Assembly (NCBI GenBank): GCA_965208325.1
Contig: OZ242326.1
Coordinates: forward strand, 2,176,001 to 2,240,000
Direction: 5' to 3'
DNA from: Candidatus Poribacteria bacterium
GTDB taxonomy: Bacteria > Poribacteria > WGA-4E > PCPOR2b
Length of the DNA stretch: 64,000 nucleotides
Below are positions 18,112 through 26,950 of the stretch, in pieces. The position numbers and the translations under genes are program-made. Each line of letters begins with the position of its first letter. Within the stretch, counting starts at the first letter, position 1. The notes below the pieces were generated by a model. The model did no database searches. It saw only the letters and a program-made list of their open reading frames with translations, and was not told the DNA's origin.

Positions 18112-20196
18112 ATGGCGCTCAGCGAGATTGAATTAATTCAACGCACACTGGATGGCGACGAGTCCGCGTTCGGTTTTTTAGTCGATAAATACAAAGCAGC
18201 CGTCCACGCGCTGGCTTACCGCAAACTTGGGGATTTCCATCATGCTGAGGAGATTACCCAAGATACCTTCCTCAAAGCGTATCAAAAACTATCGACACTC
18301 CGCGACCCGCGTCGGTTTTCCGGCTGGCTCTACGTGATTGCCGCCCGGCTCTGTTTGTCATGGCAACGAAAAGAAAGACCCTATACACACGCTATCGACA
18401 ACCGTGAGACAGCAGAGATGAATTCAATGGCTGTGGCGAAATACACCGACCAAAGAATTCGTGAAGATGTACGCGATACGCTTGAAAACCTGCCCGAAAG
18501 CGAGCGAACAGTGTTGGCGCTCCACTATTTTGCGGGCATGACCTGCGAAGAAATCGGGCGTTTCATGGGGACATCGCAAAGCGCCATTCTTAATCGGCTT
18601 TATCGCGCCCGACGTCATTTAAAAGAGGAGATGATACAAATGATACGGCAGACGTCTGGAGCTTTTCATCTGCCACACACTGTGACGCAAAAAATCATAG
18701 GCAAAATCCGCAAACTTCAACCGACGCCGTCGCCGCAGAGTAAACCTATTGTTCCATGGATTGCCGTCGCGGCGCTCAGCTTAATTGCCCTGTTCGTCGG
18801 GCTCGCACCACGACAGATGACGCATTTTCAGCGTCCATATAGCCTTAACGCGCCAGAATCAGCGACGCTGGTTGAAGTGATCGATGCGCCGATAATTGAC
18901 CTGCCCGTGACCAAACCGGCACTTGTGAATCGACTGGGTACACCGAATGCGGAAAACTCCCGCGACGGCAACGGCGCATCCGATAACGTTTTGGCGGCTG
19001 TAAAGGATTCCCAGGATGGCGAATGGATGCGGCTCGGCTGGACGCAAACCAATGGTCCATACGGGGGTGAGATTCGCGCATTCCATGCCACGCCGGAAGG
19101 CGTAATCTTCACCGGAACGTCGGGGGCAGGTATTTTCCGCTCAACCGATGGCGGCGATACTTGGTCGCCGGTCAATACCGGGTTGTCATACCACAGGGGA
19201 GAGGGTTTTATGCCTGTCAATGCATTTGTGCAAAAAGGATACTCGCTCTACGCATGCGCGAGTGACGGTCTATACGTCTCAACCAACGGCGGTGATTCAT
19301 GGCGCCGAATGACACATGATCGGCGGGTTTCTAATGCCGCTGGCGTGCTCATTATCAACAATCGCCTCTACATTAGCACATTTGGTGAGGGTGTGTGGTA
19401 CACGGATGATAATGGGAATTCGTGGATACCGATTAACGATGGATTGGAAAACCTGGAAATTCGTGAACTTGCCGCGATGGGGACCACCCTATTCGCTGGC
19501 ACGGAGAACGGGGCTTTCCGCAGACGAGCAAGCGAAAACTCGTGGACACCAATCAACGCAGGCTTTACGGTGCAACCGATGAATATTGATGCCATCAACA
19601 AAATCAACAAAGCGATGATTGAGTCGGGAGCGGATCCGTTGCCTATGAGCCAGTTCGCTTCGGGATTGCGGGTAGATTCGTTGGCTGTCATGGGGGATGC
19701 ACTCTACATGGGGATATTTATGGGCAAAGACAAAGGGCTGTTTCGTTCCGATGACGAGGGAGACTCCTGGACACGAATCACCGCAGAGTCGATGGTACAT
19801 ACCGTCGAAGCGTTGGCGTCGTCGGCAACGATGTTGTATTCGAGTACCTTTGGTAGCGGTGTTTTCCGTTCAAGCGATGGCGGCAATTCTTGGACAGAAG
19901 TCAACGACGGCTTAACAAACCAAACGGTCTCTGCGTTGTTAGCCGTGAGTGAGAAAACTGTTTTCGTCGGAACGGATAGTGGCGTTTTCCGCTCTACGGA
20001 TAGCGGAGATTCTTGGATAGAAGCCAACGCCGGCTTGACGAATACGTGGGTAGACAATCTCGCAGTCATTGGAGAGTCCATTTACGCCGGGTTCGGTGAT
20101 CGACTTGGTCATTCAGTTGTCGGCGGAAAGTTATGGACGCCCGTGAAGAATGGCGCGACACCGGCACAATACCATTTTTCCGCACTATCGGTTTAG
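18112..20196 (+). CDS. ECF sigma-70 factor fused to a TM helix and Asp-box (BNR) beta-propeller; ends at an internal in-frame TAG
   Basis: Region 2 (AEEITQDTFLKAY, FSGWLYVIA) and region 4 (LPESERTVLALHYFAGMTCEEIG...NRLYRAR); TM IVPWIAVAALSLIALFVGL; repeated FRSxDGGDSW. Confidence 0.85.
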   Translation: MALSEIELIQRTLDGDESAFGFLVDKYKAAVHALAYRKLGDFHHAEEITQDTFLKAYQKLSTLRDPRRFSGWLYVIAARLCLSWQRKERPYTHAIDNRETAEMNSMAVAKYTDQRIREDVRDTLENLPESERTVLALHYFAGMTCEEIGRFMGTSQSAILNRLYRARRHLKEEMIQMIRQTSGAFHLPHTVTQKIIGKIRKLQPTPSPQSKPIVPWIAVAALSLIALFVGLAPRQMTHFQRPYSLNAPESATLVEVIDAPIIDLPVTKPALVNRLGTPNAENSRDGNGASDNVLAAVKDSQDGEWMRLGWTQTNGPYGGEIRAFHATPEGVIFTGTSGAGIFRSTDGGDTWSPVNTGLSYHRGEGFMPVNAFVQKGYSLYACASDGLYVSTNGGDSWRRMTHDRRVSNAAGVLIINNRLYISTFGEGVWYTDDNGNSWIPINDGLENLEIRELAAMGTTLFAGTENGAFRRRASENSWTPINAGFTVQPMNIDAINKINKAMIESGADPLPMSQFASGLRVDSLAVMGDALYMGIFMGKDKGLFRSDDEGDSWTRITAESMVHTVEALASSATMLYSSTFGSGVFRSSDGGNSWTEVNDGLTNQTVSALLAVSEKTVFVGTDSGVFRSTDSGDSWIEANAGLTNTWVDNLAVIGESIYAGFGDRLGHSVVGGKLWTPVKNGATPAQYHFSALSV

Positions 20197-20883
20197 GGCC
20201 GAATACTTTATGCCGCTGCGACTCGCTTCGCCGTTACCGTCGAAGGTGGCATTATTCAGTTGGATGTAGAGCGAAACTCGTTGATAGAACTCTACGTGGA
20301 CAGAAGATTGTCTACAATCGAGTCCTTGGAAATTGTCGGTACGAAATTCTATGTCGGAACCCAGGGTGATGGTGTTTTTCGTTGGGTGAAAGACTTGGAT
20401 TCATGGACAAATCTCGGATTGGAGGGACATGCCATCGCGGCGTTGTCGGTGAATGGAAAAACCATCTACGTTGGAACTGGGCAGGGAGAGATTTTTCGCT
20501 TGAAAGACACGGAAGAATCGTGGGAATTAATCAATGAAGACATGAGGAGTGATGGTAGTATAACAGAGCTAAAGTGGATTGGAACGACACTCTACGCCTC
20601 CACTTGGGATGTGGGCGTCTTCCGTTCCATTGACGACGGCGATTCGTGGATACCAGTTAATGATGGGTTAGTTGACACACCGGTTATGACATTATGTACT
20701 GACGGATCAACAATTTTCGCAGGAACATATTACAACGGTGTTTTTCGGCTAACGCCTGAAAAAAATCTGTGGGAGCCGGTCGGTTCGCTCGCCCACCGGG
20801 TTGATTCGTTGGCGGTCGTTGATGGAGTGCTTTACGCAGGCACAACGGGAAGAGGCGTGTTCCGCACCCCGCTTGAGAAGTAG
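20197..20883 (+). pseudogene. In-frame continuation of the ECF sigma/beta-propeller gene beyond TAG 20194-20196
   Basis: Same frame; continues the repeat consensus (SV*GRILYA); contains FRSIDDGDSW and LAVVDGVLYAGT. Confidence 0.75.
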
Positions 20884-20888
20884 CTTTT

Positions 20889-21121
20889 GTTGGTTGGGTT
20901 AAGCGTTCAACTGAACGAATAGATTAAGCGACCGAATAGGGAGTGCGATAGAACTCTTAGGCGATAGTCTTCCCCGCACACCACCACCGATAAATTGAAC
21001 ACATCACAATTAACGAAAAACGTTGGGTTACGCTGCATCCGTCAAATCTAGGAAGCGGCTAACCTGCCGAGCGTTTCGTTACAATTGACATCATTTCCGT
21101 AATCCGCTTAACCCAACCTAC
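20889..21121. repeat. Degenerate REPIN-like element
   Basis: GTTGGTTGGGTTAAGCG ... CGTTGGGTTACGCT (21021) ... CGCTTAACCCAACCTAC (21105-21121). Confidence 0.7.
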
Positions 21122-21400
21122 AAAATCTTCGCAAGAATTCACCCCTGCAAATGCTCTCAATTATGTTCAATCGCGCACCAGATCTGTAGCCATTTTTGCA
21201 GCCCCTCCCATTGTATTCGTCCCAAGCAAAAAATCACCCACCATTTCAGGGCAAATACCCCTTGAAATATGTTAAAATATTATTCACAGATATCTTGGCG
21301 AAACGACTAAATCGCAGAGGCTTTCAAGCGAACACAGTCCTAGCCGAAATTTAATGGTAGTGAAATGTTGCGGTAATTTTTAGAGGTGGCGGTGTAAATT

Positions 21401-21505
21401 GTCTGAATCAGGATGCTCAGGATAGAGGGATTTTCAAGATAATAAATGCAAACGCATAGAATCAATCCAGTAAACCCTAAAATCCCGTAAATCCCGATTC
21501 TGGCA
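21401..21505. repeat. ~40-bp repeat copy D with a degenerate inverted partner
   Basis: GTCTGAATCAGGATGCTCAGGATAGAGGGATTTTCAAGAT followed by AATCCCGTAAATCCCGATTCTGGCAA. Confidence 0.75.
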
Positions 21506-21998
21506 AAAAGTGTAACATTTTGTGAGATCCGGTTGACGGTTGGGAAACTCACAGGCAAAACCACATTTTGACAACTTTCGAATGACGTGAGCACAATATG
21601 AACAACGGAGAAAACTTAAAATCATCTCCATTTGCACGTCCCATATTGAAATTCACCAAAGAACACGAATGGACGCCTAAACTCTACGTAACAGGAGCAA
21701 GACAAGAAATCGCTGCCGTTCAAGTCAACCTACATTAATTCGGGCCGGGAAACGAAAAAAAGGGGGCGACGGGAATTACTTTCAGCGCCACCGAAAAGTT
21801 TCAGTTCGTAACGTTTTGTTTAGGAATGGCGTGATTAGGTGAGTCACAAAAAATTGTCGAATCGCAACATCACCACATATGGGTGCATTTTAACATGTCG
21901 TCGCACTACCGTCAAGGCAAAACGGTGGATCAATTTTTGTCTTCCGCTGAAATTTTGGCTCTAATTTGAACATTGAAAACGCTAAAATGGAGAGATAT

Positions 21999-24131
21999 AT
22001 GGACCAACTTGACCAATCCCAAAGATCGTTCTGCGAAGCCCCTTCAACAAACATCAGGTTACTTGCACCGGCCGGATGCGGGAAGACGCATAGCTTGCTA
22101 TTTCGTTGTCAACACCTCGTCGAACATGCCAAATCAAGAAGTGTGCGCTTCCTCCTTGTAACATTTACTCGTGCCGCTATGCAAGAATTAAGTAATCGTC
22201 TTGATGAAGACAATCGGTTCGCGCAATTTCAAGATTCCATTGAAATCACGACGCTGAACGCTTGGGGATATCGCCGAATTAGGAATGCCGTTCGCTACCC
22301 CAAGCTCCTCAATCCAGAAAGAGACTATCATTTCGCAACGCAAAATCAACTTCGACCGGTCTGGCAAAATCATGACCCTATAAGAAATGCGATTCAGAGC
22401 AGGAACCGACGGACTAGAGTTATCGCTCCACGAAAGTTGATGGACGTGATTGATGGATTTAAGTCCTTAGGATTTGACCACGTCAGACATGCTAATTTTA
22501 GCACATTTTCACAGCATTGGCGCCAACTTGAACTCCATGGATTAGAATGGAGAATAAAAGAGCTGCTTGGTGAAATAATCGATCTTGATATACTTGATAT
22601 TGAAATTGAAATGCGAAACGGTGAGTCTAGCACAGATGCTTTGAGAAGTGAAATCGAATCACTGAAACGTGAAGTCTACGATGTGTTTTACAAATTTTGG
22701 CTAGAAGCGGTGGAAAATTTGCTTGATAGCGCCACGTTTACCCTTGAAGACCAAAAATACTACGCTTACTTGAACGAGCGCGATAACATAGAGCAGGGAC
22801 GCTACCTTTCCGGCGCAGCAGGTTATGACCATGTTTTCGTCGATGAATTCCAAGATATCAACCCGCTTGATCTAGCGCTAGTAAAAGCAATCGTTGAACG
22901 TCGCCGTGCCACATTGACTATCGCAGGAGACGACGACCAAGCAATTTTTGAATGGCGAGGAGCAACGCCATACTACATCCTAGATCCCGACAGATTTTTT
23001 GGCTCTCCGTTTCACACATATACACTTGGCGTAAATTATCGTTCTCCTAAGAACATTGTTGAACATTCCCAACAACTGATTTCTCACAACTTGCGGCGAG
23101 AGCACAAACAAGTTAACGCAGCAAGTTCTCGAAATGCACAGATTGAGATTAGGGAAACTAGTGGCCTCATAGAAGCGCTTGAGTACGTTGATGCGATAGT
23201 TAATGAGGAAATTCAACAAGGTAGAAGCCCCAGTCGCGTAGCAATTTTTGGGCGCAAACGAAGCCAAATCATCCCGTATCAAATGCACTTTGCATCACAG
23301 AAAATGCCCTTTTGCGCCGCTGAAGATTTGCAAATCTTCTTGAGCGATGCGTTTGATAGCCTTCTTCAACTTTTGGATATTAAACCTCGCTCCGAAGTGG
23401 CACAGAGATCCGGGCAGGTTATAGATGACCTGTTGTTTTTGTGCGACCGCGTGAAACGATACCATATCAGTAACGCAGAAAAACAAGCTTTGAAAAGTCA
23501 TCTTCAACAATCTCGACCATCCTCCATCATTGCTGCAACAAATTGTTTGGCTGAATACAGGGGGCGATTGAAAGGGGAAAATCGCGAAGGTCGCATGAGC
23601 ATCACTATGGCAAATTGTGTACGGGAGTTTATTGGAGCAAACACCGTATCAGATGCATTGATTGAACTAAGCGTCAACTTTGAGGGACTACAACGTGATT
23701 TTGGTAAGGCTGAAGATGATATTTTTTACGCAGACCCTCCTTTCTTTCAGCTAGCCGAATATGCGTCAAGCTATGCGGATGATTATGATTCCTTTATCAG
23801 CGACATCGAGGAGGCCAGGGCGACGCTTGTTTACATGCCTCCATTTGAAGATGACAACGTAGAAAATCTTTGGCTACACCCCATACACTTGATGACGGCA
23901 TTGCGCGCTAAGGGCAAAGAGTTTAACACAGTTATATTACTTGATGTGAACGATGGGATATGGCCAAATCGAAATGCAGAGACTCCTGCGAAACAAGAGG
24001 CTGAACGACGTGTCTTTTATGTGGCATTCACACGGGCTAGAAAACGTGTTGTAATGTTGGTGAATTCGCGCATGGGGAATCGAGAAGCTGCGCCATCACC
24101 CTATATTGAAGAACTTGGTTTTGAGCGATGA
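21999..24131 (+). CDS. UvrD/Rep/PcrA-like superfamily 1 helicase (divergent)
   Basis: APAGCGKT, VTFTRAA, VDEFQD, GDDDQAIFEWRG, NYRS, AKGKEF, ERRVFYVAFTRA; GGAGAG RBS before ATG 21999. Confidence 0.9.
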   Translation: MDQLDQSQRSFCEAPSTNIRLLAPAGCGKTHSLLFRCQHLVEHAKSRSVRFLLVTFTRAAMQELSNRLDEDNRFAQFQDSIEITTLNAWGYRRIRNAVRYPKLLNPERDYHFATQNQLRPVWQNHDPIRNAIQSRNRRTRVIAPRKLMDVIDGFKSLGFDHVRHANFSTFSQHWRQLELHGLEWRIKELLGEIIDLDILDIEIEMRNGESSTDALRSEIESLKREVYDVFYKFWLEAVENLLDSATFTLEDQKYYAYLNERDNIEQGRYLSGAAGYDHVFVDEFQDINPLDLALVKAIVERRRATLTIAGDDDQAIFEWRGATPYYILDPDRFFGSPFHTYTLGVNYRSPKNIVEHSQQLISHNLRREHKQVNAASSRNAQIEIRETSGLIEALEYVDAIVNEEIQQGRSPSRVAIFGRKRSQIIPYQMHFASQKMPFCAAEDLQIFLSDAFDSLLQLLDIKPRSEVAQRSGQVIDDLLFLCDRVKRYHISNAEKQALKSHLQQSRPSSIIAATNCLAEYRGRLKGENREGRMSITMANCVREFIGANTVSDALIELSVNFEGLQRDFGKAEDDIFYADPPFFQLAEYASSYADDYDSFISDIEEARATLVYMPPFEDDNVENLWLHPIHLMTALRAKGKEFNTVILLDVNDGIWPNRNAETPAKQEAERRVFYVAFTRARKRVVMLVNSRMGNREAAPSPYIEELGFER

Positions 24132-24265
24132 TTTTGGCACCACCCGCCCAATCACCGCCGTTTCGAGAAGGCCTACCTTCTCGCCAAGGAGTTGCAGACT
24201 TTGGGAACCGTTTCTCAACAGATGGGGTTAATTTTACTGTTGAAAATCGCATTGCGAAAGTTTTT

Positions 24266-24646
24266 GTAGGTTGGGTAGAGCGGATATGGCGAAAAATGCG
24301 TAGTATTTCGTACGCGGTACATACGTTAAAATTGCTTAGTAAATGTAACGGTGGAGCGAAACCCAACGTTTTTGAAACGTTTCGATAGCCGAACGGCAGG
24401 CGCTACCGCCAGAACGACTGGAATAATGAAAAACAATGTGAGTGTTTGGAATTCGCAGCGGTGTGATGAATTCGGGATTTATAAGGGTTGACGGAAGTTT
24501 TTAATACGGAAGACTATCGCCTTCGCTATTAGTTCAGTTGATCGTTGTATTTCGCTGTGCGTGTATTGACAGCAGCACCATTAGAAAATCGGAACGGTTA
24601 ATTGCTACCTGAACCGTTTTGGAATTACCCGCTCTACCCAACCCAC
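24266..24646. repeat. REPIN/MITE-like element, copy 2
   Basis: GTAGGTTGGGTAGAGCG ... GGAGCGAAACCCAACG (24353) ... CGCTCTACCCAACCCAC; interior aligns with 17246-17504. Confidence 0.85.
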
Positions 24647-24791
24647 GGAAACTGAGAAATTTCGAGCATTGCCGAAGTGTGGAAGATAGATACCGCACTA
24701 GGAGTTTTCGGTCAGTATGGTGCATCCGAACCAGCGCGCTTTTGAGTTTCAAAGTCATCACAGTGTGCTGCTACCTACAAGGAAAACAAAA

Positions 24792-25598
24792 ATGAAAACA
24801 ATGGTTCTGAATTTGGTGTTGTCCATTTTATTCGCGGCGTTTTCTTTTGGAATAGCCGCTGCCGCGGTGGACAATGATGTGGTGCTCGCCATGCCATTTG
24901 AGGAAGGTGTTGGCGAGGACACCAAAGACCTCTCCCCCCACGAAAATCACGGCACGTTCAACGGAACGGTTACTTGGGCGGATGGAAAGTTTGGCAGTGC
25001 GCTTCGGTTCGAGCCGGTTAGCTTTGTTGACGCCGGAAGGGATGAGAGTCTGAGTCTATCCGACACAGACTTTACGATTGCCGCTTGGGTAAACATGGAG
25101 GAAACTGCCGTCCAACAACACGGATTTCTCGGCCAAGATGAAGGGGGCGGATCGAAAAACAAGTGGATTTTTCGATACAACAAAGCCCAAAGTATAAAAT
25201 TGAATTTTGTGGCGTACAACAGCGGACCTGCGCGCGCGGCGCAACTCGATTCGAAGCTGTGGGAACCTAAACCCGCAGCGAATCGGTGGTATCAGGTCGC
25301 CGTCGTGCGAGAGGGCGACGACTATACGTTCTATATTGATGGCAAACCGCATAGCATGGCGTCCGATGACTTGGTGATTCCACCCGTCATTGAAGCGCCG
25401 CTGACGGTCGGATGGGCTGAAGGCCCCATTGCCATGGATGGCATTATCGACGAAGTCCTGATACTCCGGCGGGCTTTCACAGACCTTGAAATTCAAACTC
25501 ACTTCAAAGGCGGTTTGGCGCAAGTCCTCGCCGTTCAATCTCATGGAAAACTCGCCACTACCTGGGCTTCCCTAAAGGGCGCACTAACCTTTCGTTGA
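24792..25598 (+). CDS. Secreted LamG/concanavalin-like domain protein with a C-terminal 'KLATTW' motif
   Basis: Signal peptide; DLSPHENHG, GKFGSALRF, FTIAAWV, WYQVAVV, FYIDGK, GIIDEV; tail LAVQSHGKLATTWASLK. Confidence 0.85.
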   Translation: MKTMVLNLVLSILFAAFSFGIAAAAVDNDVVLAMPFEEGVGEDTKDLSPHENHGTFNGTVTWADGKFGSALRFEPVSFVDAGRDESLSLSDTDFTIAAWVNMEETAVQQHGFLGQDEGGGSKNKWIFRYNKAQSIKLNFVAYNSGPARAAQLDSKLWEPKPAANRWYQVAVVREGDDYTFYIDGKPHSMASDDLVIPPVIEAPLTVGWAEGPIAMDGIIDEVLILRRAFTDLEIQTHFKGGLAQVLAVQSHGKLATTWASLKGALTFR

Positions 25599-25689
25599 AC
25601 CCCCGATACAGATTAGGCATGCTGCCTACAAATTTAAAGCGCGGTCTTAACCGTGTTATGGCGGACGTTAAAAATTCTCAATAGATTTT

Positions 25690-25732
25690 GTAGGTTGGGT
25701 AGAGCGGATATGGTGAATCATGCGTAGTATTT
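25690..25732 (+). repeat. Left end of the REPIN-like element (truncated copy)
   Basis: GTAGGTTGGGTAGAGCGGATATGGTGAATCATGCGTAGTATTT, near-identical to sequence from 24266. Confidence 0.75.
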
Positions 25733-26038
25733 TGTAAATTGACGCAGCCGAAATTGACAGAAATGCCAACATATAATACCAGTACATATGTTAACTTCGT
25801 ATTATCAAAATTTCACAGTAACACATTTGCAACAGTGTTCAAAATTCGACCAAACCGTTGTCCTATATGGGTTTATAGGAATTTTCCTGCAACTCGTTTT
25901 TTCAGTTTACTGTGAAAACTGTGAAATTTTGCCGCCAGGTTGCGGCGCACTTCGCAGTAAATTCAAGTCCCCATAGTTGTCAAAATCTTTGTATGATTCA
26001 GGGCGGAAAACATATCGGGTATCAATCTGTAGCGATAC

Positions 26039-26758
26039 CTAATTCAGCTTGGCTTTCAGCCTTCGTAGCGCGATGAAGGCAGCGTCATAATCCGGCATTT
26101 CATACAAGGCGCGTTTGTAGCACGCCATCGCTTTATCCCATTCAAACCGATTTTCCCAGACGCGGCCAAGGTTCATGTGCGGATACGCCCGCGGTTCGTA
26201 TCGGGGTGCGCGTGTCGCCTGCTCCAACCAAGGAATAGCGGCATCGTATTCGCCCTTTTCAATCAAATATGCGCCGATGTCGTTGTATGGGTTGCCGAAA
26301 TCAGGGTCAACCCGAATGGCTTTGCGGCATTCCTCAATCGCATCTTCGCCGCGTCCAATCATGCTATATGTCCAACCGAGATAGGTGTGCGCCTCAGCAG
26401 TCGGATATATTTCAATGGATTTTAGATACAACCCAATCGCATCGGAAAATTCACCCTTTTGTTGATGCTCTAATGCGTCCTGCCAGTAAAACAACGCCTG
26501 TTCCTTTTTATAAGCAATTTCATCGTCGTATATGTTCAGCCTTTCTTCGGCTCGCTTGACCGTGTAGATGCGGTCGTCGTCTTTGTCTACAATTAACCAT
26601 TCGCTATCTTCCGTTTCAATCGATACTTTGACATTTCGAGAGAGAACAATCTTGTTCTTTTTAAATGCTTGGCGCAGTTCGTCCGGGAGCGTACCGCGGT
26701 TCAAATCGGTTTGATACCTCAATTCGACATCGAACAGCAACATCTCATCCGCAGCCAC
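26039..26758 (-). CDS. Tetratricopeptide repeat protein
   Basis: PTAEAHTYLGWTYS, CRKAIRVDPDFGNPYNDIGAYL, PHMNLGRV; AAGGAG RBS before GTG. Confidence 0.88.
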   Translation of the reverse strand: MAADEMLLFDVELRYQTDLNRGTLPDELRQAFKKNKIVLSRNVKVSIETEDSEWLIVDKDDDRIYTVKRAEERLNIYDDEIAYKKEQALFYWQDALEHQQKGEFSDAIGLYLKSIEIYPTAEAHTYLGWTYSMIGRGEDAIEECRKAIRVDPDFGNPYNDIGAYLIEKGEYDAAIPWLEQATRAPRYEPRAYPHMNLGRVWENRFEWDKAMACYKRALYEMPDYDAAFIALRRLKAKLN

Positions 26759-26950
26759 AATCGGTGCTCCTTTCTAAGCGGTTTGACATCACAGAACCCT
26801 ACAACGAACTTTCTTGTTTCTTCGAGACTCGTCAGTAACGACAAAACTCTACCGTTTATCGCTTCGGCACCAACATCCCCACCCTTATCAAGCAGCCACA
26901 ATCATCCTCCCCCACAACAAGGGGGAGTGAGAGGGGGATTCGTCAGCTCC

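Noticed and set aside
20194..20196. Genome-wide TAG recoding or pyrrolysine
   Set aside because: pup, prcB and ileS end at TAG at their expected C-termini; no pyl genes are seen in the window.
2824..24131. OLD-like nuclease plus UvrD helicase as a Gabija system
   Set aside because: The genes are about 17 kb apart in separate contexts; Gabija genes are adjacent.
26905..26940. CTCCCCC/GGGGGAG hairpin after the yyaL-like gene
   Set aside because: Single copy in the window, no U-tract; cannot distinguish a REP-like remnant from a terminator.
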